From Octopus vulgaris (taxonomy: Eukaryota), in NCBI GenBank assembly GCA_951406725.2, contig OX597833.1, positions 57,226,001 to 57,290,000 on the forward strand: a stretch of 64,000 nucleotides of DNA, given 5' to 3'. Below, one piece after another: positions 13,460 through 27,660 of the stretch. The notes beneath the pieces are model-generated. The model was not told the origin of the DNA and did no database searches. It was given only the letters and a program-made list of their open reading frames with translations. Position numbers and translations under genes: made by a program. Within the stretch, counting starts at the first letter, position 1. Every line of letters begins with the position of its first letter.

Positions 13460-13863
13460 TTCATTCATTTGACTGTGGCCATGCTGGAGCACCACCTTTA
13501 GTCGAGCAAATCGCACCCCCAGGACTTATTCTTTGTAAGCCTAATACTTATTCTATCAGTCCCTTTTGCCGAACCGCTAAGTTATGGGGACGTAAACACA
13601 CCAGCATCGGTTGTCAAGCGATGTTGGGGGGGATCAAACAGACACACAAACATATATACACACATACAAATAAATACGCATATATATATATATATATATA
13701 CGACGGGCTTCTTTCAGTTTCCATCTACCAAATCCACTCACAAGGCTTTGGTTGGCCCGAGGCTATAGTAGAAGACACTTGCCCAAGGTGCCACGCAGTG
13801 GGACTGAACCCAGAACTCTGTGGTTGGTAAGCAAGCTGCTTACCACTCAGCGATTCCTGCGCC
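13460..13863 (-). mobile_element. CORE-like SINE, family 1
   Basis: Full-length match to the other copies. Confidence 0.85.
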
Positions 13864-14260
13864 TAGTGCATAGTTCTACATGGCATGGTCTACCTAATTT
13901 GTCAGCAACAGGAGCTTGTTGCCTGTTCATTGGAAGCTGTCTGGAAATGACCTATAATAGACCAGCAGCCTATCCAGGGGGAGTTTTATCCGTTTGATGC
14001 CAAACAACCAGAGCTAAACACCACTTGTGCATCAATGTATTCGTTTTGCATGTACTGCACATGTCTGAACATGCACCTCATGTACACTGCACATGTCTCT
14101 GAGCACATAACTTGTGCACACACACATGCACACTGCACATCTGACAGCATGCATTTTTCATAATTTTTCACCATATGTTGAAGCATGCATCTTGCATATA
14201 TGGCACATATCTGGGTATACAACTTCTATATATACACTGTGCATATCTCTGAGCATACAG

Positions 14261-14324
<64 letters not shown>

Positions 14325-14828
14325 TACATACACTATAAATACATGTGTCTGGACATGCACCTCAAATGCACTCTGTAAGTGTTTAATTGTGCAATCCATA
14401 CATCATAACATGCATGAGCATACACTGCATGTGGCATGCATATATGCATCTGAGAAAACAATTCACACAAACTGCAAGCTTGTGCAAAATGCACGTGTCC
14501 GTATGAGGGAAGTGACTTGCACACACTGCTGATGCAGTTCTGAGCATTAGTCTTACTTATACAGGCTGCACGTGTTCCGTCACGCATATTAACTGCATAA
14601 ACTCTTTAACCTTCAGATGTGATATTTCGTATACAACATAGCTGTATGCACATGCAAGAATGCATGTTCAACAGAATATATATATATATATATATATATG
14701 TAAATATATATGCACGCACACACACAAGTATATATATATACACACATGCTTATATAGACATGCACAATAGATATCACTTATTCACACACACACACACACA
14801 TATATATATATACACACACACACACACA

Positions 14829-14868
<40 letters not shown>

Positions 14869-15643
14869 TATGCATATACATATATACATACACATGCATA
14901 TATATGCACATACATACATGCATATATATATGCACATACATACATGCATATATATATACATACATATATACATGCACACACACACATATATATATATACA
15001 TATATACACATGCACACATATATATGCATACACACACACACACATGCACAGGAATTTTCATTGACCCTTTTCTAAGAGAACTGACAAAATTAGACAGGTC
15101 CCTACAGTGAAAGCGGGGGGGGTGATGGTAGTGTATGTGTGTATGTGGTGGAAGGGGGTGGAAGGACTAGAAACTGAAAGGTAGCAAGGATGAGTGAAAA
15201 AATAGGGTTGGAAGTATGAAGCCCAGAGTTATTGGGGCTTCCATCTCCCCCCCCCTCTGCCCTCACCTCATGAGTAGAAGTCATTAAAAGATATTGGCTG
15301 GAGGATGGAGGAGGGGGGGAGACCAAGGAAGAGAGTAAATATGTGAGTGATGACAGATGTGCAGTGTGCTAGATTTGAGAGAGAGAGAGAGAGAGAGAAT
15401 GTATAGGGGGCAGGGTGAACTAGGGGGACACCCAGAACAGTATCCACTTACACTGAAGTCATTCATGTTAACCTTTATATATGTAAATAGACAAGCTTGA
15501 AGAAATCAGGGACAGAAGATGACAACAATGATGGTGATGATGATGATGATGACATAACTATCAAGATATTGATGATGATGATGATGATGATGTTTGTTAC
15601 AATCTACATCAGGCAGTCAGACAGCCTGCTGACATACATATGT

Positions 15644-15678
<35 letters not shown>

Positions 15679-16767
15679 CGTGCAAAATTTAGTCTGGTAA
15701 AATCATTTGGAGGTGCGAGAAAATGATGGTAGGAAGGAGGTGTCTTACCCTGCCTAGCCTGGCCCAGCCCAGCCTGGCCCTTCTCTGCCTATTTGTCTGC
15801 CCCAGTTTTCAAGGACATCTACAGAGCCCTCCGACAGGAGAGAAAGCTCTGAGTAGAGTCAAAACTTTAGCTAGACTAGATGGTCATGAAATAAATTGAG
15901 GGCACACCAACCCTTGCCAGACCAGTGAGGGTTGTTAACCCCATTGCAAGGGATTAATGGTGATCACCTATCAGGAGCAAAGGTGTTGTGGTGTATTTAA
16001 TCCAGTTGAACCATATTGATAAAATGGCTTGTTATGCGCAAGAAGACTTCTTAATGGTGATCAACCAGTTGGCAGCAAGGTTTTGTGGGTGCATTTCATT
16101 TAGTTGAATTGTAATAAGGGGACACTGAAAGGACTGCTAGTATAAAAAAAAAGGGTAGGGGACGAATAATAGCTAATAAAAGTTTGAGAAATACTGGTGT
16201 AAACAGTAGCCAACTGTCTAACCATCCTACTATTATGGTCAGTGTGCAGTTATCTAGTTCATAGATAAATGGACATGTCACACACACACACACACACACA
16301 CACACGTGTTTCATGGTTGAGTGAACAAGAATAAATAACTTCACTACTTCCGAATTGTAAACATAGGCAACTGCTTAAACAGGTGATAAGAAATGGGGTC
16401 TTATCAATGATTTACCTAATAATATACGATATGCGTGCATGAAGTTATCAACTCCTAGCACTCTGAAAATAGCACATCATGCTAGAAATAACAACCAAAT
16501 CCCTAGGAAAATCACATTATATCATTAACAAAACAAAAAATAGGGTATGTCAGATAATGTGGTTCTAAGTTCCCTGCACATATGAAAAAACAAAACGGGA
16601 TGGTTATAGCTGGAATGCCTTTGATCCAGGTTTGGTTGACCTGGGGTTAAACAACAGCAACAATCACACCTTATAACTACTCAAAGATGTATATAATAAC
16701 ACAAGCCAATGTGGCAGCTTGATTTGTTAGATATAGCAGTCAAAATCTCCCTCAAATCACATACTAC

Positions 16768-16932
16768 CTATTTCTTTACTACCCACAAGGGGCTAAACAC
16801 AGAGAGGGCAAACAAGGACAAACAAATGGATTAAGTCGATTATAACAACCCCAGTGCATAACTGGTACTTAATTTATCGACCCCGAAAGGAGGATAGGCA
16901 AAGTCGACCTCGGCGGAATTTGAACTCAGAAC
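16768..16932 (-). mobile_element. tRNA-derived SINE, family 2 (3' part)
   Basis: Reverse complement of the 60901 copy; central motif CTTTGCCTnTCnTCCTTTCGGGGTCGATAAATTAAGTACCAG. Confidence 0.75.
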
Positions 16933-17334
16933 TACCATCTTAAACAAAGAACACATTGGGCAACACAGTCCCCTGATATACAAAAAGAGATGGTCCTGGC
17001 TGGAATGCCTTTTTATCATAAAAGCGTTTCTTGACTCAAGACTGGTCCCTGGGATGGTCCCTCCTTCAAAAGCTGCCTCTTATTACATCTCAAAGAAGAA
17101 GGAAGTGTGTGACGCATCGTTATGCACTGCAGCCAGTTCCTTCTTCCTAAGCATCCACCAACGCTGCTGAATCCTCTTCCACCCTCGCCCATCACCACAG
17201 TGCACTCCCTCCTCCTTACACTATTGTTTTTCTTTAAGGAACACTGGGGGCCAGCTATTTCTAGTCAAACCACTTCAGTTTCACCACAGCTTTGACCTCC
17301 TTAAGAAGAAACTGAACACTCAGTGACATAGTGC

Positions 17335-17810
17335 TGGCGGTAGTGGTGGTGGTGTCGTGGTAGTAATGGTGGTGGTTGTGTTGTGACAGTGGTGGCGGTT
17401 GCGCTGTGATGGTAGTGGTGGTGGTGGTTGTATCATGATGGGGTTTTGGTGTTGTTGGTGGTGGTGTCGGTGGTATTGTCACGGCAGAGGTGGTGGTGGT
17501 GGCTGGTTGCGCTGTGATGGTAGTTGTATCATGATGGGGTTTTGGTGTTGTTGGTGGTGGTGTCAGTGGTATTGTCACGGCAGAGGTGGTGGTGGTTGCG
17601 CTGTGATGGTAGTGGTGGTGGTTGTATCATGATGGGGTTTTGGTGTTGTTGGTGGTGGTGTCGGTGGTATTGTCATGGCAGAGGTGGTGGTGGTGGTTGC
17701 GCTGTGATGGTAGTGGTGGTGGTTGTTGTATCATGATGGGGTTTTGGTGTTGTTGTTGGTGGTGTCGGTGGTATTGTCATGGCAGAAGTGGTGGTGGCGG
17801 TGTCATGGCA
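17335..17810. repeat. About 100-bp GGT-rich tandem repeat, about 4 copies
   Basis: Repeated gcgctgtgatggtagt...gtatcatgatggggttttggtgttgttgg. Confidence 0.85.
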
Positions 17811-18399
17811 GAGGTAGTGGCTGTGGTGGAATTGTGGTGGTTTTGCTGTCATGGTAGTGATAGAGGTGCAGTGGTATCGCTGTGGTGGTGGTGGTATCAC
17901 AGGGATTGTGGTAGTGTTATCATAGTAGTGAGGTGGTAGTTGAAGTGATTGTGGTAATGGTAGTAACAATGGTTGGGTTGAAGCTAAGTGGGATTGGTGA
18001 TAGTAACCACATGTTGCTGTGGCTGTTTACCCCAGAACAGCAGTGATCAACCACAATAATGGTCAAAGGCATTCCAGCCATGATCATCCCATCTTTTTAC
18101 AAACATGTAGAATTCACGATCAATGTGTCTGTTCTGTTCCATTCCAATTTTAAGGCAACAGGTGTGATTCAATGGAGATTTGGCTGCTATTTCTAGCAAA
18201 GTGAATAACCATGGAGAAGCTCCGTTGTTGGCCTGGGTCCAGTTGCATATGGGAGGAAGTATAGGAAGCAGTCCAGCAGTGATGGGAGAGGGGTAGTAAG
18301 ATTGTGGGAAGAAGAGGTGTGAGGTCCAGTTGTGAAAGGGTCAGAGGAGAAAAGTGTGTCAAGAGGTAGATGGGGAGATGGGGTGGAGCGATCATTATA

Positions 18400-18847
18400 T
18401 TTACTCTCTACTCTTTTATTTGTTTCAGCCATCTGACTGCGGCCATGCTGGAGCACCGCCTTTAGTTCAACAAACCGACTCCAGAGTTTATTCTTACTAA
18501 GCCTAGTACTTATTCATTTGCTGAACCGCTAAGTTACGGGGACGCAGATACACCATCATGCAGTTCTCATGCAATGATGCGGGGACAAACACAGATACAC
18601 AAACTCACATATGACAGGCTTCTTCTATATATAGAAGGGGGAACAAACAGACACACAAACATATATACACACATATACAAATACATACATATATACGATG
18701 GGCTTCTTTCAGTTTCCGTCTACCAAATCCACTCACAAGGCTTTTGTCAGACCAAAGCTATAGCAGAAGACACTTGACCAAAGTGCCACGCAGTGGGACT
18801 GAACCCGGAACCATGTGGTTGGTAAGCAAGCTACTTACCACACAGCC

Positions 18848-18848
<1 letters not shown>
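18400..18848 (-). mobile_element. CORE-like SINE, family 1
   Basis: Match to the family, with a small internal duplication. Confidence 0.8.
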
Positions 18849-18892
<44 letters not shown>

Positions 18893-20111
18893 GGTGGCAA
18901 ACTGGCAAAATTGTGAGCATGCAAGACAAACTGCTAAGTGACATTTCATCTAGGTTTACATTCAGAGTTCAAATCTCACTGAGGTTGGCTGCCTCTCATC
19001 CTAAGTCGGAGTCGATGAAATAAGCACCAGTTAAGCACTGGGGTCAACGTAATCGATGAGTCCCCTCTATCAAAACTTCAGGCCTTATGTCCATAGCAGA
19101 CAGGATTAAGGTATTTTGCCTGTCTTTACGTTCTGAGTTCAAATTTGCCATCACCCCTTCCTTTCTCATTTATATGTTGTGACAGAGAAACCCACAAGAG
19201 TATTATTATAGTAGATAATTATTAAGTCTCAGCTTTGTTTTCCTTCGACCAGTTGCGCAGTAATACAAATGAGAGGGTGGCAGGGGGGAGGGGCAAGAGG
19301 CTGATGAAGAAGAGAGAAAGAAAAGAAGAAAGAAAGAAAGAAAGAAAGGAGTTTAATCTTGAATTGCAGACATTAGAAGCTTGTGGGTGAGAGGAATCAG
19401 GAGGTGGGGAGAGAAAGGGACAGCAATCACTCCTCCTCGCCCCTCCTCCACCTGCGACCATCTTCCTCCCCGCCGGCTCCTGTCACTGTTTATAGTATAA
19501 AACTGCCAAGTAACATCAAATAGCAGATGCAAATGGTGGTGGTGGTGGGGGGGGGGGGCACATCCCTTTGTATTGAATGCTAAATCTAATAAATAAATAG
19601 ATTGAAAATAAAAGATTTAAAAAAGGGTCACCTTGAAAAGGGAAGAAAGAAAAGTTTTATCAAAATAAACACCACTTCAATCATAATAATGGTTAGCACC
19701 TGACCCTAACCACTTGGTTTCCTTTTTCTGTGAAATCTCAAGTGCATCCACGGACTTGGCACTCAGGTGTGCATGCATGTTCGTACAGGTACATTAATGT
19801 TTGTAGTATATGAGAGAGGGAGAGAGATAGATAGAGAGAGAGAGATAGAGAGAAAGAGGGAGAGAGATAGAGAGAAAGAGAGAGAGAGAAAGAGGGAGAG
19901 AGATAGAGAGAAACAGAGAGAGAGAGATAGAGGGAGAGAGAGAGACAGAGACAAATTCACGGAAAGGGAAAAAGAGGGAGAAATAGAAAGAGAGAGAAAC
20001 AGGGAGAAAGAGGAAGAGTTAGTGAGAGAGAGAGAGAGAGAGATAGAAGAAAGGGAACGTCAAAGAAAGAGAATAAACCAGGAGAGAGAAAGAGACACAG
20101 GGAGAAGAGAT

Positions 20112-20150
<39 letters not shown>

Positions 20151-20403
20151 AAACTAAAGTTAATGATGATATTGTTGTTGATGATGATGATGATGACATT
20201 AAGCAGTTCTTGTAATGATGTTTCCAATTTCAGCAATTTTTGATTGAGACTAGTTGATTTCACTAAGCCCCCCGTAGTTGACGGGTACTTTATTCTACTG
20301 ATCCCAGGGGGACGAAAAGCAAAGCTGACTTTGGCGGGATTTGGACTGAGAACACAGAAAGCCTTAAGAAATACCACCAGGAATTTGGTCCAATGCTCTA
20401 ATG

Positions 20404-20604
20404 CAGTGGTTTTCAACCAGGGTTCCGCCAGAACAGTCCAGGGGTTCCGCAAGAAGTTACAAAAATGCTAAAATCGGCAGTAATTTTTAATTCTCCTGTG
20501 CAGATATGTGTGCATAAGACTATTAAATTATTGCACAGGGGTTCCTCGAGCCAGTGGATTGTTTCCTTGGGGTTCCGCTCCAGCAAAAAGTTTGAAAAGC
20601 ACTG
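20404..20604. mobile_element. hAT-type MITE nested in a family-2 SINE
   Basis: TIRs CAGTGGTTTTCAA / TTGAAAAGCACTG, with the perfect 8-bp TSD ctctaatg. Confidence 0.88.
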
Positions 20605-21008
20605 CTCTAATGATTCTGCCAAATGGTTGCGTTCAGTTCTTGAAATGATAACTAATGATGATCAAAAACAAAAAACAAACAAAAAACAAAAAAAAAACCC
20701 ACAAACAGAAAGACAATCCTTATTTGGCTTAGAAAGTAGAATGATGAGAATTCTTTGTACACAGCGAAATACCAGCAGAAGACACCATGCTGTAGAGTTT
20801 GCCAACAATATGCGCAGGTTGTTGGGTTTGGTAAAAGTTGGTTGGTGGCCAGATGTGGAGTGGGGGAAATGGAGGAAAGGAGGGCGGGAGGGAGGATTGG
20901 TAATTGTGTAGTTAGCATACAGGCAATCATGTCTCATAAAAGATGCTGAAATTGCTTGAATCTTCATCAAAGTGTGGGAGGTGGGTGATGTCGGGGGAGG
21001 TGTGTAAG

Positions 21009-21039
<31 letters not shown>

Positions 21040-21568
21040 ACATGGTATGAAGTGTGTGTGTGTGTGTGTGGGTGCAGTTTGACCTTTACGAGAAAACGGC
21101 TAGATTGTACGCAAACAAGAGAGTATATACGTGTGCGTACACACACACACACACACACACATGCATGCATGCATACACAGACACACATACTGAAAGAGAG
21201 AGAGAGAGAGAAGCAGACAGATAGAAAGGATAGATACAGACATCAAATCAAGCATACATACCATACATACTACCATGCACATACAAAGTAAGCATACAAC
21301 AGAGACATGCATTCACATATTCCACGATATATAAGGACAGACATTACAATAGAAAGCGTACATACCAGACACATATTCTCTCATTCAAACGCTCACACTC
21401 TATACACGAACACACACACACACACACACGATATTCTTTTTACCGAAATAATTCCGCTATTAAAATATCCAGAAATGTTTTCCAATTATAGTTAGCTATT
21501 TAACTTTTATATATATATACATACATATACATATATACATATATATACATACATATATATATATACAC

Positions 21569-21599
<31 letters not shown>

Positions 21600-21862
21600 C
21601 ATATATACATATATACACACATATATATATATACACACATATATACATATATACACACTATATATATATATACACACATATATACATATACACACATATA
21701 TACATATACACACATATATACATATACACACATATATACATACACACATATATACATATACACACACACATATATATATATACACACATATATATATATA
21801 CACACTATATATATATATACACACACACACATACACACACACATATATATATATACACACAT

Positions 21863-21926
<64 letters not shown>

Positions 21927-22377
21927 AATTTCTTCTTATTTAATTTTTATGCATTTTTTCTTTCCTTTATCTTACCTATTTATCCCTCACCCGCCTTTAT
22001 TTTTTATTCTTTACTTCACTTTTCTCCAAACTCCATCATCATCTTCTAACATTATTTTTTTTTCCTTTTTCTTTTTGGTACCAATTACTTCCCAGACATT
22101 GTAAAGATATGTTGAGAAGGTTCTTTTGCTTATACAAACTTTTCTGTGGCTATTTTTAGCTCTTTTTGGAAGAAATCTATAACGGCAGACCTATTTCCTT
22201 CTCTTCTCTCTACTAACAAGTTACGATGCCACACATTATAAGTAAAGGAAGCGCTGTTGTTGTGCAGTCTCCAGAGTCATCGTGTAGAATCCAGGGTTTC
22301 TCGACATGGGCCCATATGGCCCTCGAGGGGTCGATATAAGATTTTGTTGGCTCAAAATTTATACTCTTTATTCTCTC

Positions 22378-22577
22378 TCTCTCTTTTACTTGTTTCAGTC
22401 ATTTGACTGTGGCCATGCTGGAGTACTGCCTTTAATCGAGCAACTCGACCCCGGGACTTATTCTTTTTGTAAGCTAGTACTTATTCTATCGGTCTCTTTT
22501 GCCGAACCGCTAAGTGACGGGCGCGTAAACTCACCAGCATCGGTTGTCAAGCGATGTTGGGGGCGACAGACACACAA

Positions 22578-22621
<44 letters not shown>

Positions 22622-23030
22622 TCTTTTTATTCTTTTACTTGTTTCAGTCATTTGACTGCGGCCATGCTGGAGCACCGCCTTTAGTCGAGCAAATCGACCC
22701 CAGGACTTATTTTTTGTAAGCCCAGTACTTATTCTATTGGTCTCTTTTGCCGAACTGCTAAGTTAAAGCGACGTAAACACACCAGCATCGGTTGTCAAGC
22801 AATGTTGGGGCGACAGACACAGACACACAAACATATACACACACATATATATATACATACATATATACGACAGGCTTCTTTCAGTTTCTGTCTACCAAAT
22901 CCACTCACAAGGCTTTGGTCGACCCGAGGCTATAGTAGAAGACACTTGCCCAAGGTGCCACGCAGTGGGACTGAACCTGGAACCATGTGGTTGGTAAACA
23001 AGCTACTTACCACACAGCCACTCGTATGCC
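22378..23030 (-). mobile_element. CORE-like SINE family 1: a full copy plus an adjacent 3'-half copy
   Basis: Two tandem tail halves (22378-22620 and from 22629) and one head ending at about 23030. Confidence 0.8.
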
Positions 23031-23420
23031 TATGTGTAAGAAGTTGGTAATAATTCTACATAATACACGAAATATTTTAACAATTTTCTTTATATAATTC
23101 CAAATAATATTTACTTATGAAAGAAAAGAAAAAGGACATAAGAAAGCTTCTAACAATGAAGAAAGTTTTACAAAAACCTTTATATTTTAAGTGCAGAGGT
23201 GCATCCTCAGAAAGAAGCTGTCTAGGAAATGTCCAGTTACACAAATTTTTCCAGATTGCTTCCTTCTGAGGACAGGCCTTTGTAGCTGAAATATGAAGGA
23301 TTTTGATAAATTTTCTGCATTGTTAAGGGCTTTCTTATGTCCCTTTTCTTTTCCTTCTTCAGTACTATTGATACAATGCTTCAACGAACTACAATACATT
23401 TATTTACTTAAAAAAATATA

Positions 23421-23647
23421 ACTCTTTACTCTTTTACTTGTTTCAGTCAATTGACTGCGGCCATGCTGGAGCACCGCCTTTAGTCGAGCAAATCGACCCC
23501 AGGACTTATTCTTTGTAAGCCCAGTACTTATTCTATTGGTCTCTTTTGCCGAACCGCTAAGTGACGGGGACGTAAACACACCAGCATCGGTTGTCAAGCA
23601 ATGCTAGGGGGACAAACACAGACACACAAACACATACACACACACAC

Positions 23648-23678
<31 letters not shown>

Positions 23679-23815
23679 CATACATACATATATACAATAG
23701 GCTTCTTTCAGTTTCCGTCTACCAAATCCACTCACAAGGCATTGGTCGGCCCGGGGCTATAGCAGAAGAAACTTGCCCAAGATGTCACACAGTGGGACTG
23801 AACCCTGGAACCATG
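23421..23815 (-). mobile_element. CORE-like SINE, family 1 (5'-truncated)
   Basis: Match to the family. Confidence 0.8.
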
Positions 23816-23949
23816 GAATTTTTTTTTTAACATCGAATGGTTAAGAAGGTCCATCTTTATCAAAAAGAGTCCATAGGTAAAAAAAAAATGGTGCAGAACC
23901 GCTGGTGTAGATGAAATGACGGTTTTAGAGATTTTGAGTTAAATTATAA

Positions 23950-24164
23950 CAAGGGGCTAAACATAGAGGGAACAAACAAGGACAGACAGAGGGATTAAGT
24001 TGATTAGATCGACCCCAGTGCGTAACTGGTACTTAATTTATTGACCCCCGAAAGGATGAAAGGCAAAGTTGACCTCGGCGGAATTTGAACTCAGAACGTA
24101 AAGACATACAAAAAACTGCTAAGCATTTCGCCCGGCGTGCTAACGTTTCTGCCAGCTTGCCGCC
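23950..24164 (-). mobile_element. tRNA-derived SINE, family 2
   Basis: Reverse complement of the 60901 copy, including the head ggcggcaagctggcaga. Confidence 0.8.
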
Positions 24165-24623
24165 TTTATGTTAAATGATGATACTAATGATGGTACTTTG
24201 GATTATTCTCTGCCTTGTGCCATTTTTATCCAAAGATAAGATATTTGGGTCCCGCTTTGTTTCACATTGATCCAAAAGCAAGGTTTCCAGGTTGTTACTT
24301 GTGCCCTGTGGAACCGAAAGTTAATATCTTTAAACGTTTTTGATAAAAAAGTAAAAAGAAAAAAAAGGTCTTTAAATATTTCTTTGCATCAACACCAATC
24401 TGAATAGAAGGTTCTTAGAATATTCATCTGCACCATTAACTTTGGATAATTCCCTTGTGTCATATTCATCCAAAGATTTAGTCTCTGGGAGAGATTTGTG
24501 AAAGAAACAGAGAGAGTGATAGTGTGTATGCATAGATGAGAGGGAGATATAGTGGTAGTGTGTGTATATGAGGGGGAGAAGAGCGAGAGAAAGAGAGAGT
24601 GTGTATGTCTAGGTGTGAGAGAG

Positions 24624-24660
<37 letters not shown>

Positions 24661-25023
24661 CTGGCTAAAGCATGAAAGAAAAACAACACAAAACAAAATA
24701 GAAAAGAGAAGGAATAAAGAGAGAAGCAAAGGAGAGACAGTTTTAGTGGGAGGACAGGAAGCCATTATGTGTACATAAGAAGGTATATCGGCCGGGGGGG
24801 GGGAGAAGAGGAGGGGGTAAGTGAACACAGATCAAACTCTTCTAACCTAAGACAACATTATCCAAGAAAGACAACACACACCTCTCTCTTTTTCTCTCTC
24901 TCACCTTCACAATATAATTGAATAAGTGAGTGGGTGGCCGGATGCATGGTTAGATGGCTAGCTGGCTGGCTGACCGGATTGATGGATGGGTAGGAGGATG
25001 GACCCAGTAGGGGAATGGACTGG

Positions 25024-25055
<32 letters not shown>

Positions 25056-26009
25056 GAAGATTTTGATTGATAATTATCAATAAACAGAACCATGTTTACT
25101 CTGATAACAATCTGTTTTCTCTGTTGGAACATGTTTGTATTTACCTGTCAACTTCCTTCTCTCCCAAATCTCCAGATCAGTTGTTCTCAACAAGGGGTCC
25201 ATACGGCCCTTTGCGGGGGGTGGGGGTGGGGCATATAAAACATATCCTTTTGTTCTTTTACTTCTTTCAGTCATTTGACTGTGGCCATGCAGGAGCACAG
25301 CCTTTAGTCGAGCAAATCGACCCCCAGGACTTATTCTTTGTAATCCTAGTACTTATTCTACTGGTCTCTTTTTGCTGAACTGCTAAGTTACGGGGATGTA
25401 AACGCACCAACACTATCCCCCACCAAAATGTTCTACAAAGACGCTAGGCACATTAGATAATGTAGACCTAGATATGCAGCGTCTGCGAAAAATCTGAGAA
25501 AAAAAAAAAAATTGACAGGATGGTCATGGTTAGAACACTTTTATCTTAGATGTGCTCCATCAAGAATTGACCCAGGAACTTAACAACATGCTTTCAAAAT
25601 GAGGAGATAGCCCGAGAAAGTACACTCCCACGCAGCAAATTCTAACAAAGAGAAAGAGAGAGGGGCAGAGAGTGCGAGGGAGACGGGGGTGGTGGTGAAA
25701 GGAAGGAAGAAAGAGAGGGAGAGTAAGGGCATGCATATTTCCTGAAAAAGAATGGAAAAGAAGAAAGCAAGTTCAAGGTGAGAAGGTTATGTAAACCTTC
25801 CAATACACACAGGTGGGGCAGTGGGGAAGGAAAGACAACAGGTGTGATAAATATTGAAGGGAAGAACAGGTGAAAGAAGAGAGAGAGTATTTTCAATTAG
25901 ATGGGCTCACCCTTGGGAGAATAAAGAAAGCCAGAGAGAGAGAGAGTGGGGGGCGGGACATAGACAGACAGCTGAATGGATGGATGACTAGATAGATAGC
26001 CGGAGGGAT

Positions 26010-26305
26010 AGCCGGACGGACGGACAGACGGACAGAGGTAGGGAGGGACAGACGGACGGACGGAGGGACGGACGAAGGGACGGACAGAGGGACGGACGAA
26101 GGGACGGACGGAGGGACGGACGGATGGAGGGACGGACGGAGGGACGGACGGAGGGATGGAGGGACGGACGGACGAAGGGACGGACGGACGAAGGGACGGA
26201 CGGATGGACGGACAGACAGGCAGACGGACGGACGGACAGGCGGGCAGACGGATGGAGGGACGGACGGAGGGAGGGACGGACGGAGGGAGGGACGGGAGGG
26301 TGGAT
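26010..26305. repeat. (GGAC)n/(GGAG)n microsatellite
   Basis: Directly visible. Confidence 0.9.
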
Positions 26306-26741
26306 GGCCGGACAGGTGGATAGAGTGAATTTAAAGGAAAAAGAGTTGGAGGGATGCCAAGGAAGACGAAGGAAATTATTAGCATTTTGCTTAAAACTGA
26401 TCAGTGCTCCTCTTCATTGAAAACACTTGTCTTGTGTGAGTGTCAGAGAACAAAATTAGGTGTAGACAAGCATTTGTGTAGTGTATGAGGCATCTTGGTA
26501 TGTGTGTGGGTGTGAAAAAAAAGTTTCTGTTTCTGTCCACTATTATGTCTTGTCTGAGACTGCATTCATTCATGTTTGTGCACAACTGCAAAGGTTGAAG
26601 GAAAGTTGCGACACCAAACTGAAGAAGTATATTATAGAGCACATCCAAAATTATCAGAATGAGTTTGTGGTAGCAAACGAGCAAGAGTGAAAGAGCGAGC
26701 GAGCGAGTGTGAATAAACACATATACAAGCAAAAGAATTTA

Positions 26742-27250
26742 CATCATCATCATCGTTTAACGTCCGTTTTCCGCGCTAGTACGGGTTGGACGGTTCGACT
26801 GGGGATCTGGGAAGCCAGGAGGCTGCACCAGGCTCCGGTCTGATCTGGCAGTGTTTCTACAGCTGGATGCCCTTCCTAATGCCGACCACACTCAGTGAGT
26901 GTAGTGGGTGCTTTTTACGTGCCACCTGCACAGGTGCCAGGTGAGGCTGGCAACGGCCATGATTGGATTGGTGCATTTTACGTGCCACCGGCACGGAAGC
27001 CAGTCGAGGCGGCACTGGCATCGGCCACAATTCGGATGGTGCTTTTTACGTGCCACCGGCACGGAAGCCAGTCGAGGCGGCACTGGCATCGGCCACGATT
27101 CGGATAGTGCTTTTTACGTGCCACCAGCACAGAAGCCAGTCTAGGTGGCGCTGACATCGGCCACTTTCAGATGGTGCATTTTATGTTCCACCGGCTCAGG
27201 GATCACAACTGCAGTTTCCATTGATTTTGATGTCGGTGTACTTGACTCAG
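26742..27250 (-). mobile_element. Family-3 retroposon-like repeat with an (ATG)n tail and internal ~60-bp tandem units
   Basis: Contains the GGATGCCCTTCCTAA motif and catcatcatcgtttaacgtcc end. Other copies are at 30048, 39930, 44788, 53025 and 62816. Confidence 0.7.
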
Positions 27251-27437
27251 TGGATATCAAAATAAAAAACGGAAATACAATACAGATGTAAGGAGAATTA
27301 TTAGCTTGATACAGCCCGAATATAACCTAAAACTTCATTACTCTGAGTTTCATGTTCAGATAATGTAATCATAAGAGCAAGCATGGTCATGTAGGTAAGA
27401 TTGCTAGGCAGCCACATGGTTTAGGGTTCAATCACAT

Positions 27438-27660
27438 GGCAGAATCGTTAGCACGCTGGGCAAAATGCTTAACGGTATTTCGTCTGCCGTTATGTTCTGA
27501 GTTCAAATTCCGCCGAGGTCGACTTTGCCTTTCATCCTTTCGGGGGTCGATTAAATAAGTACCAGTTACACACTGGAGTCGATATAATCGACTTAATCCG
27601 TTTGTCTGTCCTTGTTTGTCCCCTCTGTGTTTAGCCCCTTGTGGGTAGTAAAGAAATAGG
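27438..27660 (+). mobile_element. tRNA-derived SINE, family 2
   Basis: B-box GAGTTCAAATTCC plus the family's central motif. Confidence 0.8.
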
